Below, one piece after another: positions 26,970-44,948 of a stretch of 64,000 nucleotides of DNA. Positions within the stretch are counted from its first letter, which is position 1. Every line of letters begins with the position of its first letter. A program made the position numbers and the translations under genes. The notes below the pieces were generated by a model. It saw only the letters and a list, made by a program, of their open reading frames with translations. It was not told the DNA's origin and made no database searches. This DNA comes from the human T2T-CHM13v2.0 reference genome, Homo sapiens: the NCBI RefSeq assembly GCF_009914755.1, contig NC_060939.1. One strand, given 5' to 3'.

Positions 26970-27860
26970 TGGGGGGAGGGGGCGGGGCTTGAGACACGAG
27001 CGCCTTTTCCAGAAGGCTCCCCTACCACGTCTCGTCCCCACCCGCACCCCCTTGCCTACCACTCGCGGGGCGAATCCAGGAGTACCTGGCAACACCACAG
27101 ACTGCGCGGCCCAGGCCAAGCCAAGCGTGGAGACCGCGCAACCCCGCCCTTGGCCCTGGCCCAGGTGTCCCGGCCACAGTCCCCAGTCTTGCAGGGGACG
27201 TTCCCGCGCTGAGCAAGTCCTGATCGCGGACTCCTGAGTTACGGGGAACCGCCTGGTCCAAGGCGAGGACAGGGAGTGCACCAGCAGAGGGAACCCACCC
27301 TGCCTCCAAGCCCTGCGGAACTTGGGCTGCACGGGAAGGAGCTGGTTTTACAGCCCTGTGGGGTGCGGGATCCGAGTTTCCCTAGGCACCTGCAGGAGAG
27401 CCCCAAAATCTAACACGAGGGCATGGAAGAAGGAGTTGGATGAGCGGTGGCCCGAATGAAAGGCATCCGTGCTCTGGAGTCTGCAAGTAATTTAAGCTTC
27501 CAAGCCTCTAAAGATGCTCCCCGCACCCTCCTCTGAGGAATCCGCGGGCGGTGGCCTGGGCCCTGTCCCGGGACAAGGCACTGCGTCTCTGAGATTAACC
27601 CCTGTCGGGCGCGCCCTAGCACTGTCAGCATGAGGTCATCCTGCCAATAGGAATTTCCTGTCCCTTCAACACTGACTGGAGACGGGCCCCACCCTATGCC
27701 CAGTCCTCGGGCTCCTGGACTCACCAAATACCTGGGACGCTCATTGCCAGGCAGCGCCAGGCCCTGCCCTCCAGGCCTCATCGCTGCCGCAGACGTGGGA
27801 CAGGTTTCCTCATCAATGGCCGAAAGGGAGCCCAGGTCGGGGGGCATGTTCTCTGGCGGG
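26970..27860. promoter_or_regulatory. CpG-island-like region (candidate promoter/enhancer)
   Basis: GC-rich unique DNA with many retained CpGs; GC boxes ggggcgggg (~26980) and ccccgccc (~27143); CTCF-like ccagcagagggaa at 27281-27293. Confidence 0.6.
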
Positions 27861-29019
27861 CATTCTCTGCCCCAGAGGAGCCTGCTTTCCTGAGCACCGG
27901 CCCCACTGTGCCTCATCTTGGTTCCACCCTTCCAGCGCTTGGCAGTTAGTGTAGGAACCGAGATCTCTAGGGAAACTGAGGCCTTTTGGCAACAAGATGC
28001 CCTGGGGGCTACCCTAAGAAAGGCACAGCTTCCTTGGAGTGAGGAGTGTCACCTAGCAAAACTTGGACAACATTAGAAGATGCAATTAGCAGGTGAATCT
28101 TAGGCTAAGAATGTGGGTATTCACCACAAACTCTGTCTCTCCCTAGTCAGATGGTGAATGTGACACAAACCCCTCCCTGCTGGGTTGTGAGCTGGGTGGA
28201 AGTTCCTGGGGGCGTGCTCATCCCCATGTCCAACGTCCTTTGCACACAGTAGGAGTGCAATAAACCTTTGTCCACTGTTAAACTGGGGAGAGACTAGTCA
28301 TATGATTTTTCCTAGTGCTTGTGACCTGTATTTTCTGGCTACAGGACAGAGGGGTCTTAAGCCAGTATGGGAGGTAGGGGTTGGGGCAAGAGGGAGGATA
28401 AGAAGGTCTCAAAAACAGGAGGCTCTGATGGGGCTGGACTTCAGCACCCTTGTGTGAGGTTGATCAAGAGAAGGGCTGAAGACAAGAGTGGGAGGAATGT
28501 TTGGGGAGGTGGTAGGATTCTGGGGGATAATGGGGTCCAAGTGTCAAAGTGTGACCAGAGTGGGACAGGGGGACATCTCCTCACTTCTGGCAGGGGCTCA
28601 GCAGGTGAGGACACCAGGTGCCTTGGCTTGCTATTTGGAGCTCAGAGAGAGAGTGTCCCCAGGCATGCATCCTGTCTGGGCAGGTCCCTTTGGTCACAGT
28701 GTCACAGTCACAGTGGGGAGGCGCCCTCAAGTGGCTTCACAGCAGCAGACCTGGATGGGGATGGAGCGCAAGAAGGCAAGTCTCTGTGATACCCCAACTC
28801 TCCTCCCAGAAGTAACTCGATGAGGAGGTTTTGAGGGAACCAGGAAGAATAGCTCAGCAAACGGTTTCAGAGACATTGAAACAGGAATGATGACTCATAA
28901 TGTGTCTCCATTTATAACCACAGGTTGAAGAGATCTTACAGAACTGGAATATTTAAGAATATGACATTATATTTCTCAAATGTTTGATATCTCCAAACAA
29001 TAGTAATTTTTAAAATAGC

Positions 29020-29332
29020 GGCCAGGCACAATGGCTCACGCCTGTAATCCCAGCACTTTGGGAGGCCGAGGCAGGCAGATCACCTGAGGTCAGGAGTTCA
29101 AGACCAGCCTGACCAATATGGTGAAACCCTGTCTCTACTAAAAACACAAAAATTAGCTGGGTGTGGTGGTGGCACCTGTAATCCCAGCTACTCAGGAGGC
29201 TGAGGCAGGAGAATCGCTTGAACCCGGGAAGGAGGAGGTTGCAGTGAGCCAAGATGGCGCCACTGCACTCTAGCCTGGGCGACAGAGCGAGACTCCATCT
29301 CAAAAAACAAACAACAAACAAACAAACAAAAA
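29020..29332 (+). mobile_element. AluSx-like
   Basis: full dimer with (caaa)n tail. Confidence 0.93.
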
Positions 29333-30263
29333 CCATTTACTATGTATCTTTTGATTACAAATCAGTATTTGTTTATTTAAAAAATGGACAATGTAAAGAA
29401 AATGCAAAAAGAAAGTAAAAACAACTGGCTCCCCAGAGGTAACCACTCTTTTACATTAAATGTTACACATATTGTTTTGTAATTTACTTTATCCATGTAA
29501 GAATATATCATGAATCTTTTCACATGGCAGTAAATTTTCTTTTACATTATTTTTTAATGGTAGTTTAGTATTCCTTCCTGTAAGTCTGCCAAAAATCATT
29601 TAACCAATCCTGCTATTGGACATTAAGCTTGCTTACAACTGTTAACCATAAACAAATGTACGCACGCATACATGATGAATTTCTTAGGATAAGTTCCTAG
29701 GAAGATAATTGCTGGTCACAGGTCAAATGGTATGCTCATTTTTAAGGTTTTTAAAATATGTTGGCAAATTGCCCTCCAGGAAGATTGTTTTAATCTCTAC
29801 CCTCACCTACAAAGCATGAGAATGCCTATTTCTCCACACCCTCACCCAAATTTGGTATTCTCCATCTTTTTAACTTTCTGTCAATTTGAAAGTAGAAAAT
29901 GATAATCTTTAATTGTTTAAATTCCCATTTATTTGATTATTAGTAAGGGTAAGTAAAACACCTTTTCACTATTTTCATTTCTTAGTCTGTAAATTAACTG
30001 TTGCTATCATTATTTATTATGCTGACCAGACATTGGGCATTTACTACTAGGTGTGTTCAGTTTTTTTCTTATTAATTTTTAGGAGCTCTTTATATAATAA
30101 TATTATCCCCTTGCTTGTCACGTCATGAAGACTTTATCCCTGTTTGTCTTTTAACTTTAAACACTCTTTTGCCTTATAGAAGCTTTACATTTTTATGTAG
30201 TCAAGATTATCAACCTTACATCAACTTACTTCAAGAAAGGTTTCCTCTATATCAAGAATATAA

Positions 30264-30653
<390 letters not shown>

Positions 30654-30959
30654 ATCTTAACTATTTTTAAGTGTACAGTCTGTGATATTAGGTTCACTCA
30701 TAATGTGTGCAACCATCTTTATAACCCTTTTCATCTTGTAGAACCAAAACTCTACACACATTAAATAGTAATTCTCCATTCCTCTCTGACTCTAGCTATT
30801 GGCAACTATTGTTCTACTTTTTGTCTCTATGATTTTGACTACTCTATGTACCTCATAGAAGTGGAATCCTATATTTTGTGACTGGCTTATTTCACTTAGC
30901 ATAATGTCCTCAAGGTTCAATTCCCCTTTCATTTTTATAATTTTTTCATTTACATTTAA

Positions 30960-31285
<326 letters not shown>

Positions 31286-31563
31286 TAAACTTTTAATTTT
31301 TCTCATATTTATTTTGATGTCTGACATAGATAAGGACTTAATTTAATGCTTTTTAAAAGTTTGGCCGAGTTTTTCAACATTATTTGTTGAGCACTCAATC
31401 CCTTTTCCAAAGATTTAAGATATGATTGTTTTGATTAATATTTCCTTGATTTTTTATGTTTATTAACCATTTTCATTTCCTCCTTAATTTATGCCTATGC
31501 ATGTCCTTTGTCTATTTTTCCATTTGTGCTTTCATCTCTTACTGATTAGAAAGGAAACTTTAT

Positions 31564-32466
31564 GGAGGAGCCAAGATGGCCGAATAGGAACAGCTCCGGT
31601 CTACAGCTCCCAGCGTGAGCGATGCAGAAGACGGGTGATTTCTGCATTTCCATCTGAGGTACCGGGTTCATCTCACTAGGGAGTGCCAGACAGTGGGTGC
31701 AGGCCAGTGGGTGCGCGCACTGTGCGCGAGCCGAAGCAGGGCGAGGCACTGCCTCACTCGGGAAGCGCCAGGGGTCAGGGAGTTCCCTTTCCGAGTCAAA
31801 GAAAGGGGTGACGGACGCACCTGGAAAATCGGGTCACTCCCACCCGAATACTGCGCTTTTCCGACGGGCTTAAAAAACGGCGCACGACGAGATTATATCC
31901 CGCACCTGGCTCGGAGGGTCCTACGCCCACGGAGTCTCGCTGATTGCTAGCACAGCAGTCTGAGATCAAACTGCAAGGCGGCAGCGAGGCTGGGGGAGGG
32001 GCGCCCGCCATTGCCCAGGCTTGATTAGGTAAACAAAGCAGCCGGGAAGCTCGAACTGGGTGGAGCCCACCACAGCTCAAGGAGGCCTGCCTGCCTCTGT
32101 AGGCTCCACCTCTGGGGGCAGGGCACAGACAAACAAAAAGACAGCAGTAACCTCTGCAGACTTAAGTGTCCCTGTCTGACAGCTTTGAAGAGAGCAGTGG
32201 TTCTCCCAGCACGCAGCTGGAGATCTGAGAACGGGCAGACTGCCTCCTCAAGTGGGTCCCTGACTCCTGACCCCCGAGCAGCCTAACTGGGAGGCACCAC
32301 CCAGCAGGGGCACACTGACACCTCACACGGCAGGGTATTCCAACAGACCTGCAGCTGAGGGTCCTGTCTGTTAGAAGGAAAACTAACAAACAGAAAGGAC
32401 ATCCACACCAAAAACCCATCTGTACATCACCATCATCAAAGACCAAAAGTAGATAAAACCACAAAG
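31564..32466. promoter_or_regulatory. L1 5'UTR with sense and antisense promoters
   Basis: YY1 site caagatggcc at 31572-31581 intact; CpG-rich. Confidence 0.85.
31796..32011 (-). CDS. ORF0: L1 ORF0 (71 aa antisense ORF), intact
   Basis: MAGAPPPASLPPCSLISDCCASNQRDSVGVGPSEPG...TRFSRCVRHPFL; ATG is cat at 32009-32011. Confidence 0.85.
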   Translation of the reverse strand: MAGAPPPASLPPCSLISDCCASNQRDSVGVGPSEPGAGYNLVVRRFLSPSEKRSIRVGVTRFSRCVRHPFL

Positions 32467-33483
32467 ATGGGGAAAAAACAGAACAGAAAAACTGGAAACT
32501 CTAAAATGCAGAGCGCCTCTCCTCCTCCAAAGGAATGCAGTTCCTCACCAGCAACGGAACAAAGCTGGATGGAGAATGACTTTGACGAGCTGAGAGAAGA
32601 AGGCTTCAGACGATCAAATTACTCTGAGCTACAGGAGGACATTCAAACCAAAGGCAAAGAAGTTGAAAACTTTGAAAAAAATTTAGAAGAATGTATAACT
32701 AGAATAACCAATACAGAGAAGTGCTTAAAGGAGCTGATGGAACTGAAAACCAAGGCTCGAGAACTACATGAAGAATGCAGAAGCCTCAGGAGCCGATGCG
32801 ATCAACTGGAAGAAAGGGTATCAGCAATGGAAGATGAAATGAATGAAATGAAGCGAGAAGGGAAGTTTAGAGAAAAAAGAATAAAAAGAAATGAGCAAAG
32901 CCTCCAAGAAATATGGGACTATGTGAAAAGACCAAATCTACGTCTGATTGGTGTACCTGAAAGTGAAGGGGAGAATGGAACCAAGTTGGAAAACACTCTG
33001 CAGGATATTATCCAGGAGAACTTCCCCAATCTAGCAAGGCAGGCCAACGTTCAGATTCAGGAAATACAGAGAACACCACAAAGATACTCCTCGAGAAGAG
33101 CAACTCCAAGACACATAATTGTCAGATTCACCAAAGTTGAAATAAAGGAAAAAATGTTAAGGGCAGCCAGAGAGAAAGGTCGGGTTACCCTCAAAGGGAA
33201 GCCCATCAGACTAACAGCGGATCTCTCGGCAGAAACCCTACAGGCCAGAAGAGAGTGGGGGCCAATATTCAACATTCTTAAAGAAAAGAATTTTCAACCC
33301 AGAATTTCATATCCAGCCAAACTAAGCTTCATAAGTGAAGGAGAAATAAAATACTTTACAGACAAGCAAATGTTGAGAGATTTTCTCACCACCAGGCCTG
33401 CCCTAAAAGAGTTCCTGAAGGAAGCGCTAAACATGGAAAGGAACAACCGGTACCAGCCGCTGCAAAATCATGCCAAAATATAA
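32467..33483 (+). CDS. ORF1: L1 ORF1p (338 aa), intact
   Basis: MGKKQNRKTGNSK start, coiled coil, REKG, ARR and YPAKLS motifs all present. Confidence 0.95.
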   Translation: MGKKQNRKTGNSKMQSASPPPKECSSSPATEQSWMENDFDELREEGFRRSNYSELQEDIQTKGKEVENFEKNLEECITRITNTEKCLKELMELKTKARELHEECRSLRSRCDQLEERVSAMEDEMNEMKREGKFREKRIKRNEQSLQEIWDYVKRPNLRLIGVPESEGENGTKLENTLQDIIQENFPNLARQANVQIQEIQRTPQRYSSRRATPRHIIVRFTKVEIKEKMLRAAREKGRVTLKGKPIRLTADLSAETLQARREWGPIFNILKEKNFQPRISYPAKLSFISEGEIKYFTDKQMLRDFLTTRPALKEFLKEALNMERNNRYQPLQNHAKI

Positions 33484-33519
33484 AGACCATCGAGACTAGG
33501 AAGAAACTGCATCAACTAA

Positions 33520-37310
<3,791 letters not shown>

Positions 37311-37546
37311 ACAATGAGATCACATGGACACAGGAAGGGGAATAACACACTCTGGGGACTGTGGTGGGGTGGGGGGAGGGAGGAGGGATAGCATCGGGAG
37401 ATATACCTAATGCTAGATGACAAGTTAATGGGTGTAGTGCACCAGCATGGCACATGTATACATATGTAACTAACCTGCACAATGTGCACATGTACCCTAA
37501 AACTTAAAGTATAATTAAAAAAAAAAAAAAAGAAAGGAAACTTTAT

Positions 37547-37960
37547 ATATTGAAGCTACAAATCCAGTTTTGCTTGTTCACGTTCAAATGTTTTTCCCAG
37601 TTTGTCCTCTAAGAATTAATTTTCATAGCTTTTTGGCATACAGAGGCTTTTGATTTTCTTTAGTCATATTAATGTATTAATTTATGGTTTCTGAATTGGC
37701 TGTGGTGCTTGGGAAGGCCTTCCCTATTCCAAGGTCATATAAATTGTCATCTACAGTTTGTTTTGTTTTCTTCCTTCTTTCCTTCCATTTTCAACTCTAA
37801 TTTCTACATAATTTATTTTGGTATGCTATATTAGGCAAAAATCTACTTTTACCTTTTCTTAAAAGAGTTACCCAATGGCTTCACTATTATTTATTGAATA
37901 ATCTTTTACTTTCTTATTTGAAATGTCACCTTTATCATACACTAAATTCTTACGTGTACC
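37547..37960 (-). mobile_element. old L1M remnant continuing past the L1PA insertion
   Basis: tttttcccagtttgtc, gaaggccttccctattccaagg, ttattgaataatc..tttgaaatgtcacctttatcatacactaaattc. Confidence 0.6.
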
Positions 37961-38349
37961 AGATTCTGCTTCTTGCCAATATCCTGTCTCTGCCCTGTTT
38001 TTAATTCTGAGATTTCTACCCTATGAAACCCCAGTCCTGGACCAATTCAGCCCTCCCTTTTCCTGCCTCTCTTCTCTGGTTCTGAGAGCTGCTGGGGAAA
38101 TTCATTTCCACTGGTTAGTCCTGCTCCACATTCGTGGTCTTCAGCCTCCCTTGGGCCTTCAACTTGGCCCTGAAGCTCCGTCTCCCAATCTCCTTATAGT
38201 CATTTCAATTCTCCTTCTCCATCTCTTTCATCTCCCCCATCACCCACAGATAACCTCACCTTCTTCTTGAAGAAAAAAAAAAAGAAGTTCTATTGGAAAT
38301 TTCTCAACTTCCACCTGCCCACTATCACGCTTCCCTCCTTGAAGAACAA

Positions 38350-39060
38350 TAATCACCAGTGTTTACTGTTTACTCTGTGCTGGGCACTGTTTTAACCACT
38401 TTATGTGTGGTTCACCCTCACCACAACCCTATAAAGCGGGCCCTGTGATTTTCCTCAGATACCAGGAAAGGAAACTGAGGCCATGTTTTGGAATTTGCCT
38501 AAGCTTCCACTACTAATCTTGGGTGAAAACTGAGATTTGAATCCCGGTAGTGCCTTGAGAGCCCATGCTCTTGACCATTCCTCTGTGTCATTCTTTCCAG
38601 TCTTGCTGTGTTTTAACAGACTGGTTTTAATCTCCATTCTCTGGCATGGTAGTAAAATCATTCACTTCTTCACTTATTCAACTGTTCCACAACTATTTGA
38701 GCCTATGATATGTGCCAAGAACTCTGATAGGGCTAAAACAGAACGCAAAACCAAGCATGGTCCCTATCCTCCCAAAGCTGATAGCCTACTGGGGCTGAGA
38801 GAAACTGACCAAAGAATCACACCAGCAAACACAAAACCACATCCCAAATAAATGTTCTAAAGGAGAGGAACATAGTTCTATGGCAGTGGATAGCAAAGGC
38901 TTGAGGAGGCCGGGTAAGGGTGTCAGGAGACAGCCTCCCTGAGAAAGTAACCAATGAGCTAATGAGCTGAGACTGAAGGATTAGGATGAGTTTATCAGGC
39001 AAAGGCAGTGCTTGCCAAAGGGCTCCATGCATACTTAGTGAAGAGTTGGGAGGGTGGCTA
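38350..39060 (-). mobile_element. MIR (38350-38580) and L2 (38660-39060) fragments
   Basis: ggaaactgaggcc, gagatttgaatcc; tatttgagcctatgatatgtgccaag..gagctgagactgaagga. Confidence 0.6.
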
Positions 39061-40988
39061 GGCAGGTGCTCATAGAGATAAGATCTTTCTGTGCTTCCCA
39101 CCTAGGCTCAGCCATAGCTGCCCTGGCTGTGGGTAATGACCTTGGAGCTGAATGGTGTGCAAAGGAAAAAGATGAACTCTCTGTCCGGTAGTGCCAGGGG
39201 TAACTCAGCTCTTCTGCCCCATGACCTGCTCTGCCCATATCTGACAGCAGAATAACAGCATTTGACCACAGACTCCTCTGACTTTCTAAATGTTAACAGC
39301 TCTTATTGGAAGAATCATTATAATTCTCTGTCAGCTTATAAGGCAAACCTGGCTTTCACGTGTGTTTGGTGAGCGCCCTCCTTTCCCCTGCCTCATGTTT
39401 TCAGGGACTTGCCTTAGAGGGACACTCTCAGCCTCTAGGCCCACCGCCTACTCTGTCCTTGAGGGTGCAGTGAGTTATCTGATTGGAGGCTGACATACAT
39501 TGGTCCACATTTCTCAATGGGAAGAAACTAATCTATCAAAAGCTCTGCCTGTCTCCTTCCTTCTCACCTAAGACAGGTACTAAGTTGCCATCCTGGATGA
39601 GGTGTCTGTTCCTGACCTGAATGTTCCCTGCATGGGTGATCCCAAAGTCTGGCCAGGGGCCACATGGATGGGTATAGATGGGGAGTGCTGTTATGCCCTT
39701 CCAGCCATTCATCTAAAGACACATTCTCCAATTCGTTTTTCAATCATAACGCTGATGGGTTAAATCTCTATCCACCTGTTTCACCTGTCTTATATTTATC
39801 AGCTGGTTCTGTACTTGTGAGAGAAAAAGAGACTATCATTTATGGATCCCCCTAAAACCTGTAGGACATGCACTTAAAGTTTTGGGTGCTAAATCAACTT
39901 CTCTAACTCAAGTGCAGGTGGAGACACCTTAGAACACAAGGATCAATGTGCATCCTCTTTCTCTATCCCTTTGCTTGGAACGCAATGGGGAGGCTGGATA
40001 GAAAACATGGAGACCTTGGTTCCCTGCTCCAAAATTATATCTGAAGCGAATTTCCAGGGCACATACAATTTCAGCATAGGGCAAACATACATTATTACCA
40101 CACAGAAGTTCTATCCTTTAGCCACGATTTTGGATCACCTGTGCCTCTGCAGCCCTCCCTCAGTGCAGGTACAAGGGAGTCGATACCTGAGGCAGATGTT
40201 CCAGTATTCATATCGGTCTCCTAGGGCCCAAACTTGTTTTGGCTGAGGATGCAGCCTCTGCTCTACAGTGTGTCCTCCCTGCCCAGTGGACCACAGGCAT
40301 TAGATGGTGGCTCTCTGGAGGGAATGAAGGTGTAGAATAGTTCTTCCCTGGCCACAGGCAGATTCCCACCCCGTCCCGCCTTAGCATTTGGCAGCAGAGC
40401 CCAACTTCCTACAGCAGCAGAGTGACGGCTGGCACTAGAGGCAGCCACTCCCCTGGCGCAGCAGCTGCCAGGGAGGGGAACAAGATATGGTCTCTGAATA
40501 GAGTCTTCTGAGAAGGGAATAGACAGGAGACCCTGGGCTCTGCAGGGACAAACTGCAGTTCCCTTCCATCAGAGTCACCAGGTCAAGGCAGGGGTACCTG
40601 CTGACCAGGGGTGGGAATAGCACAGGGACCTTGGAAAGGTCTTGCTCACATTGTTATCTTTGGGTCCTTTTGCAAATCTGCATTTTGGTGATTTGTTGTC
40701 TATGGGAGTGTGAAGGGAGTTGAAGATGACTGACAGATGTCAAGGCAGCATGCTTGGGAAAAACCATCCATGTGCAAGTAGATCCTTGGTGACCTTCAGC
40801 ACTTTGTGTTGGTACAGCTGGCAAGGACATATACACAACAGCAACAGTGGCTGGCATTTCTGAGCTCTTCAAAGTGTGCTAAGCATCATGTGAAGCCATT
40901 AGATTCCAGATAGCTTTGGTTGTAGAACAGGGGAGGAAGATGGGGATGAGGCTGAGGCTTGGCTGAAACACGCTTTCAGGAGGAATGA

Positions 40989-41462
<474 letters not shown>

Positions 41463-41782
41463 TGCTCCACCATTCTTGATGATCTGAGCTTCTGCTCCAT
41501 CTTTCATCTTCCCAGAAAGAACCAAGGGGCCTACAGGCTGTGGTCTAATACCGGCTTGTTAGCTCTTTTTTTAGCTTGCTACAGGAGCACTCCCATCTCA
41601 GAGGAACCTCCTGGAGGCTCCAAGGACCCCTCCTCAGGTCCCAGTGCACAAGTATGGATTTAGGAAGTATGGAGTTTGCTGAAGTTGTGTTGACACCTTC
41701 CCTACTGTTTCTGTTGAAGTCTTCTGTTAATCCCAGGATCCCCACAGGACCCCCCTGAATTCTTTCTGGTGAGAAAAAATTC

Positions 41783-42253
41783 GGCCAGGTCTGGTGGCTC
41801 ATGCCTATAATCCTAGCATTTTGGGAGGCAGAGGCAGGAGGATCACTTGATGCCAGGAGTTCATGACAGCCTGGATAATATAGTGAGACCTCATCTCTCT
41901 CTCTCTCTCTCAAAACAAAAGAAAACAAACAAAAAAAGCCAGGCGTGGTGGCGCGCGGCTGTAGTCCTAGCTACTCGGGAGCCTGAGGAGGGAGGATTGC
42001 TTGAGCCCAGGAGGTGAAGCCTACAGTGAGCCATGATTGCACCACTGTACTCTAGCCTGGGAAACAGAGCAAGACCCTGTCTCAAAAAGAAAAAGGAAAG
42101 AAGGAAAGAAAGAGAGAGAGAGAGAGAAAGGAAGGAAGGAAGGAGAGAGAGAAGGAAGGGAGGGAGGGAGGAAGGAAGGGAGGGAGGGAGGGAGGGAGGG
42201 AGGAAGGATGGAAGGAAGGAAGGCAGGAAGGAAGGAAGGAAGCGGGGTGGGGG
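41783..42253 (+). mobile_element. AluJ with (CT)n linker and expanded purine tail
   Basis: J diagnostics ggaggattgcttgagcccaggagg; TSD gagaaaaa(a)ttc before 41783 and at ~42254. Confidence 0.88.
42084..42242 (+). repeat. (GA)n/(GGAA)n/(GGGA)n polypurine tract
   Basis: ~160 bp of almost pure A/G. Confidence 0.95.
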
Positions 42254-42457
42254 GAGAAAAATTCCCCTCCACCTCCATGCTGTGGAAGAAATAGGACCTG
42301 GCATCGGCGTTTTGGGAACCGTAGCGAGCATACTTAGGTTGAAATTAAGGTTCAGAATTCAGTTCACTCAGCCAGAGAAGATAAAAGAACCAAGATGGAG
42401 GGAAAATATTCATGTGGGCAATCACGTTTTCACTTATTTTTATTTATTTTAAAAATA

Positions 42458-42758
42458 GGCCGGGCACTGTGGCTCACACCTGTAATCCCAGCACTTTGGG
42501 AGGCCGAGGTGAGTAGATCACGAGGTCAGGAGATTGAGACCATCTCCTGGCCAACGTGGTGAAACCCTGTCTCTACTAAAATGCAAAAAATTAGCTGGGT
42601 GTGGTGGCGGGCGCTCGTAGTCCCAGCCACTTGGGAGATTGAGGCAGGAGAATCACTTCAACCCGGGAGGTGGAGATTGCAGTGAGCTGAGATGGCGCCA
42701 ATGCAGTCCAATCTGGGCGACAGAGTGAGACTCCATCTCAAAAACAAACAAACAAAAA
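42458..42758 (+). mobile_element. AluSc-like
   Basis: gatcacgaggtcaggagattgagacc; (caaa)n tail. Confidence 0.92.
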
Positions 42759-43344
42759 CTGTTATCTTGGGGCCCAGAACTTAACATTCTTTTAGTCCGC
42801 TGTAGGGCTCTGGCATGAACCCTGTGTGCAAAATGCACATGATGGGGAGGCTGCCTACAACACTGGGAAGTCACCTTAAGGGATTTAAGGGAAAGGTAGA
42901 CCCTAGGTTTTCTGAGACCTTAATCATTTATGGCCAGGATACTGACGTGTCTGAGAAACAGCAGGGCTGCTGCTGCCAAACAAGACGAAATTTATAAGCA
43001 AATGGGGCATTGCTATGACAGTGTCAAACACTGGGCAAATTAAGTGTATTGTTAACTATCGAATCTCAGAGGCCTTAGCCAAGCCTCTCCTTCCTTCTAT
43101 CTGCTCCCCAGACTGTATTTAGTCCTTTAAGCAACACATATTTATTTGAGGAGAAAGCACTCCGAAAGCCCACAGGGTCTGAGTATCCATTTTAGCTTCT
43201 TAAATTTAGAGTAAAATATGTAATTTGCTTGCTCAGGTGTGATCTTTGATGGGTATGTTTAACTTGCCTGTGAAATGTTTGGAGGTAGGAGGTGTCCTCA
43301 GAGGTCAGTTAGCCCTGTCTCTTTTCCAGGGAAGGAATCCCCTG

Positions 43345-43560
43345 TGTATAAGTTTTGTTCAAGGTCAGGAAACAACCCAAATGAAAGTGGCCCAAACAGT
43401 AAAGGGATTATTTGACTTTTGAAGACCAGCAGTAGTATGGTGGGCTTCAGGGCTGGTTTGATCCAGTGGCTTGGTAAAGAAACGAAGAATGGTGTTCCTT
43501 GCTATCCTTACACTCTGACTCCACGCTCTCTGAAAGCTTTGTCTTAAATCTGGTCTCCCA
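43345..43560. mobile_element. old MLT1-like LTR fragment
   Basis: aaacaacccaaatgaaagtggc..ggcttcagggctggtttgatccagtggct. Confidence 0.45.
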
Positions 43561-44948
43561 GGTTTAATGCTTATTGCATCAGAAGAAATTTCCTAAATGG
43601 ATGACAATGGTAACTGGTAGACAGTAAACTCCTTGGGAGCAGGCGTGATTTTTATATGACTTTGTATCCCAGCACTTAGCATCTGGGAGCCAGTAGATGC
43701 TCAATAACTGTTGAAGAGGAAGAAAAGAATGAAGGAAGGAAATAGAGAATCTCTGTTTTGTTCCTTTGCCTAGAGGGACTACTTCTAGCTTTTTGCCATT
43801 TAACGTAATTTTGGCTTTTGTTTTAAAGCAGACACTCTTTAAAGTGTTAAATAAGTGCTTTTTATCAATATTTATTTGTTTATTTTCTTTAAAGGCAGTC
43901 CCTTGATTTTGTAAAAACGGATGGAGTAAAGTAAAAATACCTGGGCGCTCTCTCCCATATTTCTATTAAATATCCATGAAGATTTATAAATAGAACAAAA
44001 TCTCCATCAGCTTCAGGAACTCGGGATAAGAATTAAGCATGTGTCAGAACCTGGGAGGAGTTGGTACTGAATACAACTCCAATGGGGCTGGATTAACAGC
44101 AAATTCCTCTGTGCCTTTAAGTGTAAGAAAACCCTAAGTGAGAAACAGCCTTGGCTGGTCCCCCACCAACGGCCCGTAGCTCACTGCTTTGCCAGCAGGA
44201 CTAACCATTTCCCTCCTAGCGGCGCCTTGCCTCTGGCTTTCCCGCAGCATGTAAATGGCTGCCCCTGCCAAAGAAGGGGGAGGTGGGAGGGTCAGACTGT
44301 TCTCTTCAGTAGAGGATGCCAGGGCTAAGATAAAGGAGACACCTAAAATCTACCCTTAGAGCTTCCTTGCTGCTTTACACACAGGCAGGACTTAAGCCCC
44401 AGAAGAGCATTCTGCTTTTTCTCCCTGATATTCTGAAAACAATATTCATACTTGCGAGGGAGCATTTCTCCCTAGCCGTGCTGGGTTGAGGATCTTCGAG
44501 TTGCCTAGAGAATTGGGATGGGGGCCTGCAGAGAACGAAGGACAGGAAACTTGCCCCCAGCCTCAGATGTGAAAGGCAGCAGCTGCAGCCAGCACCCATG
44601 GGGCACGAAGGAGCTCTCCCAAGGGGCCAAGGACAGACAGCCATGAACCCCAGCCACTCTCCACTCTGCGACTCTGTTTGTTAAAAAAATGGCCCACCAG
44701 GAAACAGAGAGGACACAGAAGCATTAGAAGAGATATGTGACCCTAAAGTCGCAGAGAGAAAAAAAAAGGCTTTCTCTAAAATACATCAATTGTAGTAGGA
44801 TTGAAGTTCCCGGGGGCAGATTCTTTTACTGTCATTGTTTCACCCCAACCTCTAGTATTGGGTTTGACACATACTAGTAATTTTCTAAATATGTTTTGAA
44901 AAAAGAGTGCCACACAAAAACAGTTCACGAAATACCTGTTTAATATTT

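Noticed and set aside
26414-27995. Dense overlapping Pro/Gly/Arg-rich ORFs on both strands
   Set aside because: Expected from stop-codon scarcity in GC-rich DNA; no family resemblance.
41891-42452. Low-complexity PSFL / REGG ORFs
   Set aside because: They are translations of the polypurine microsatellite.
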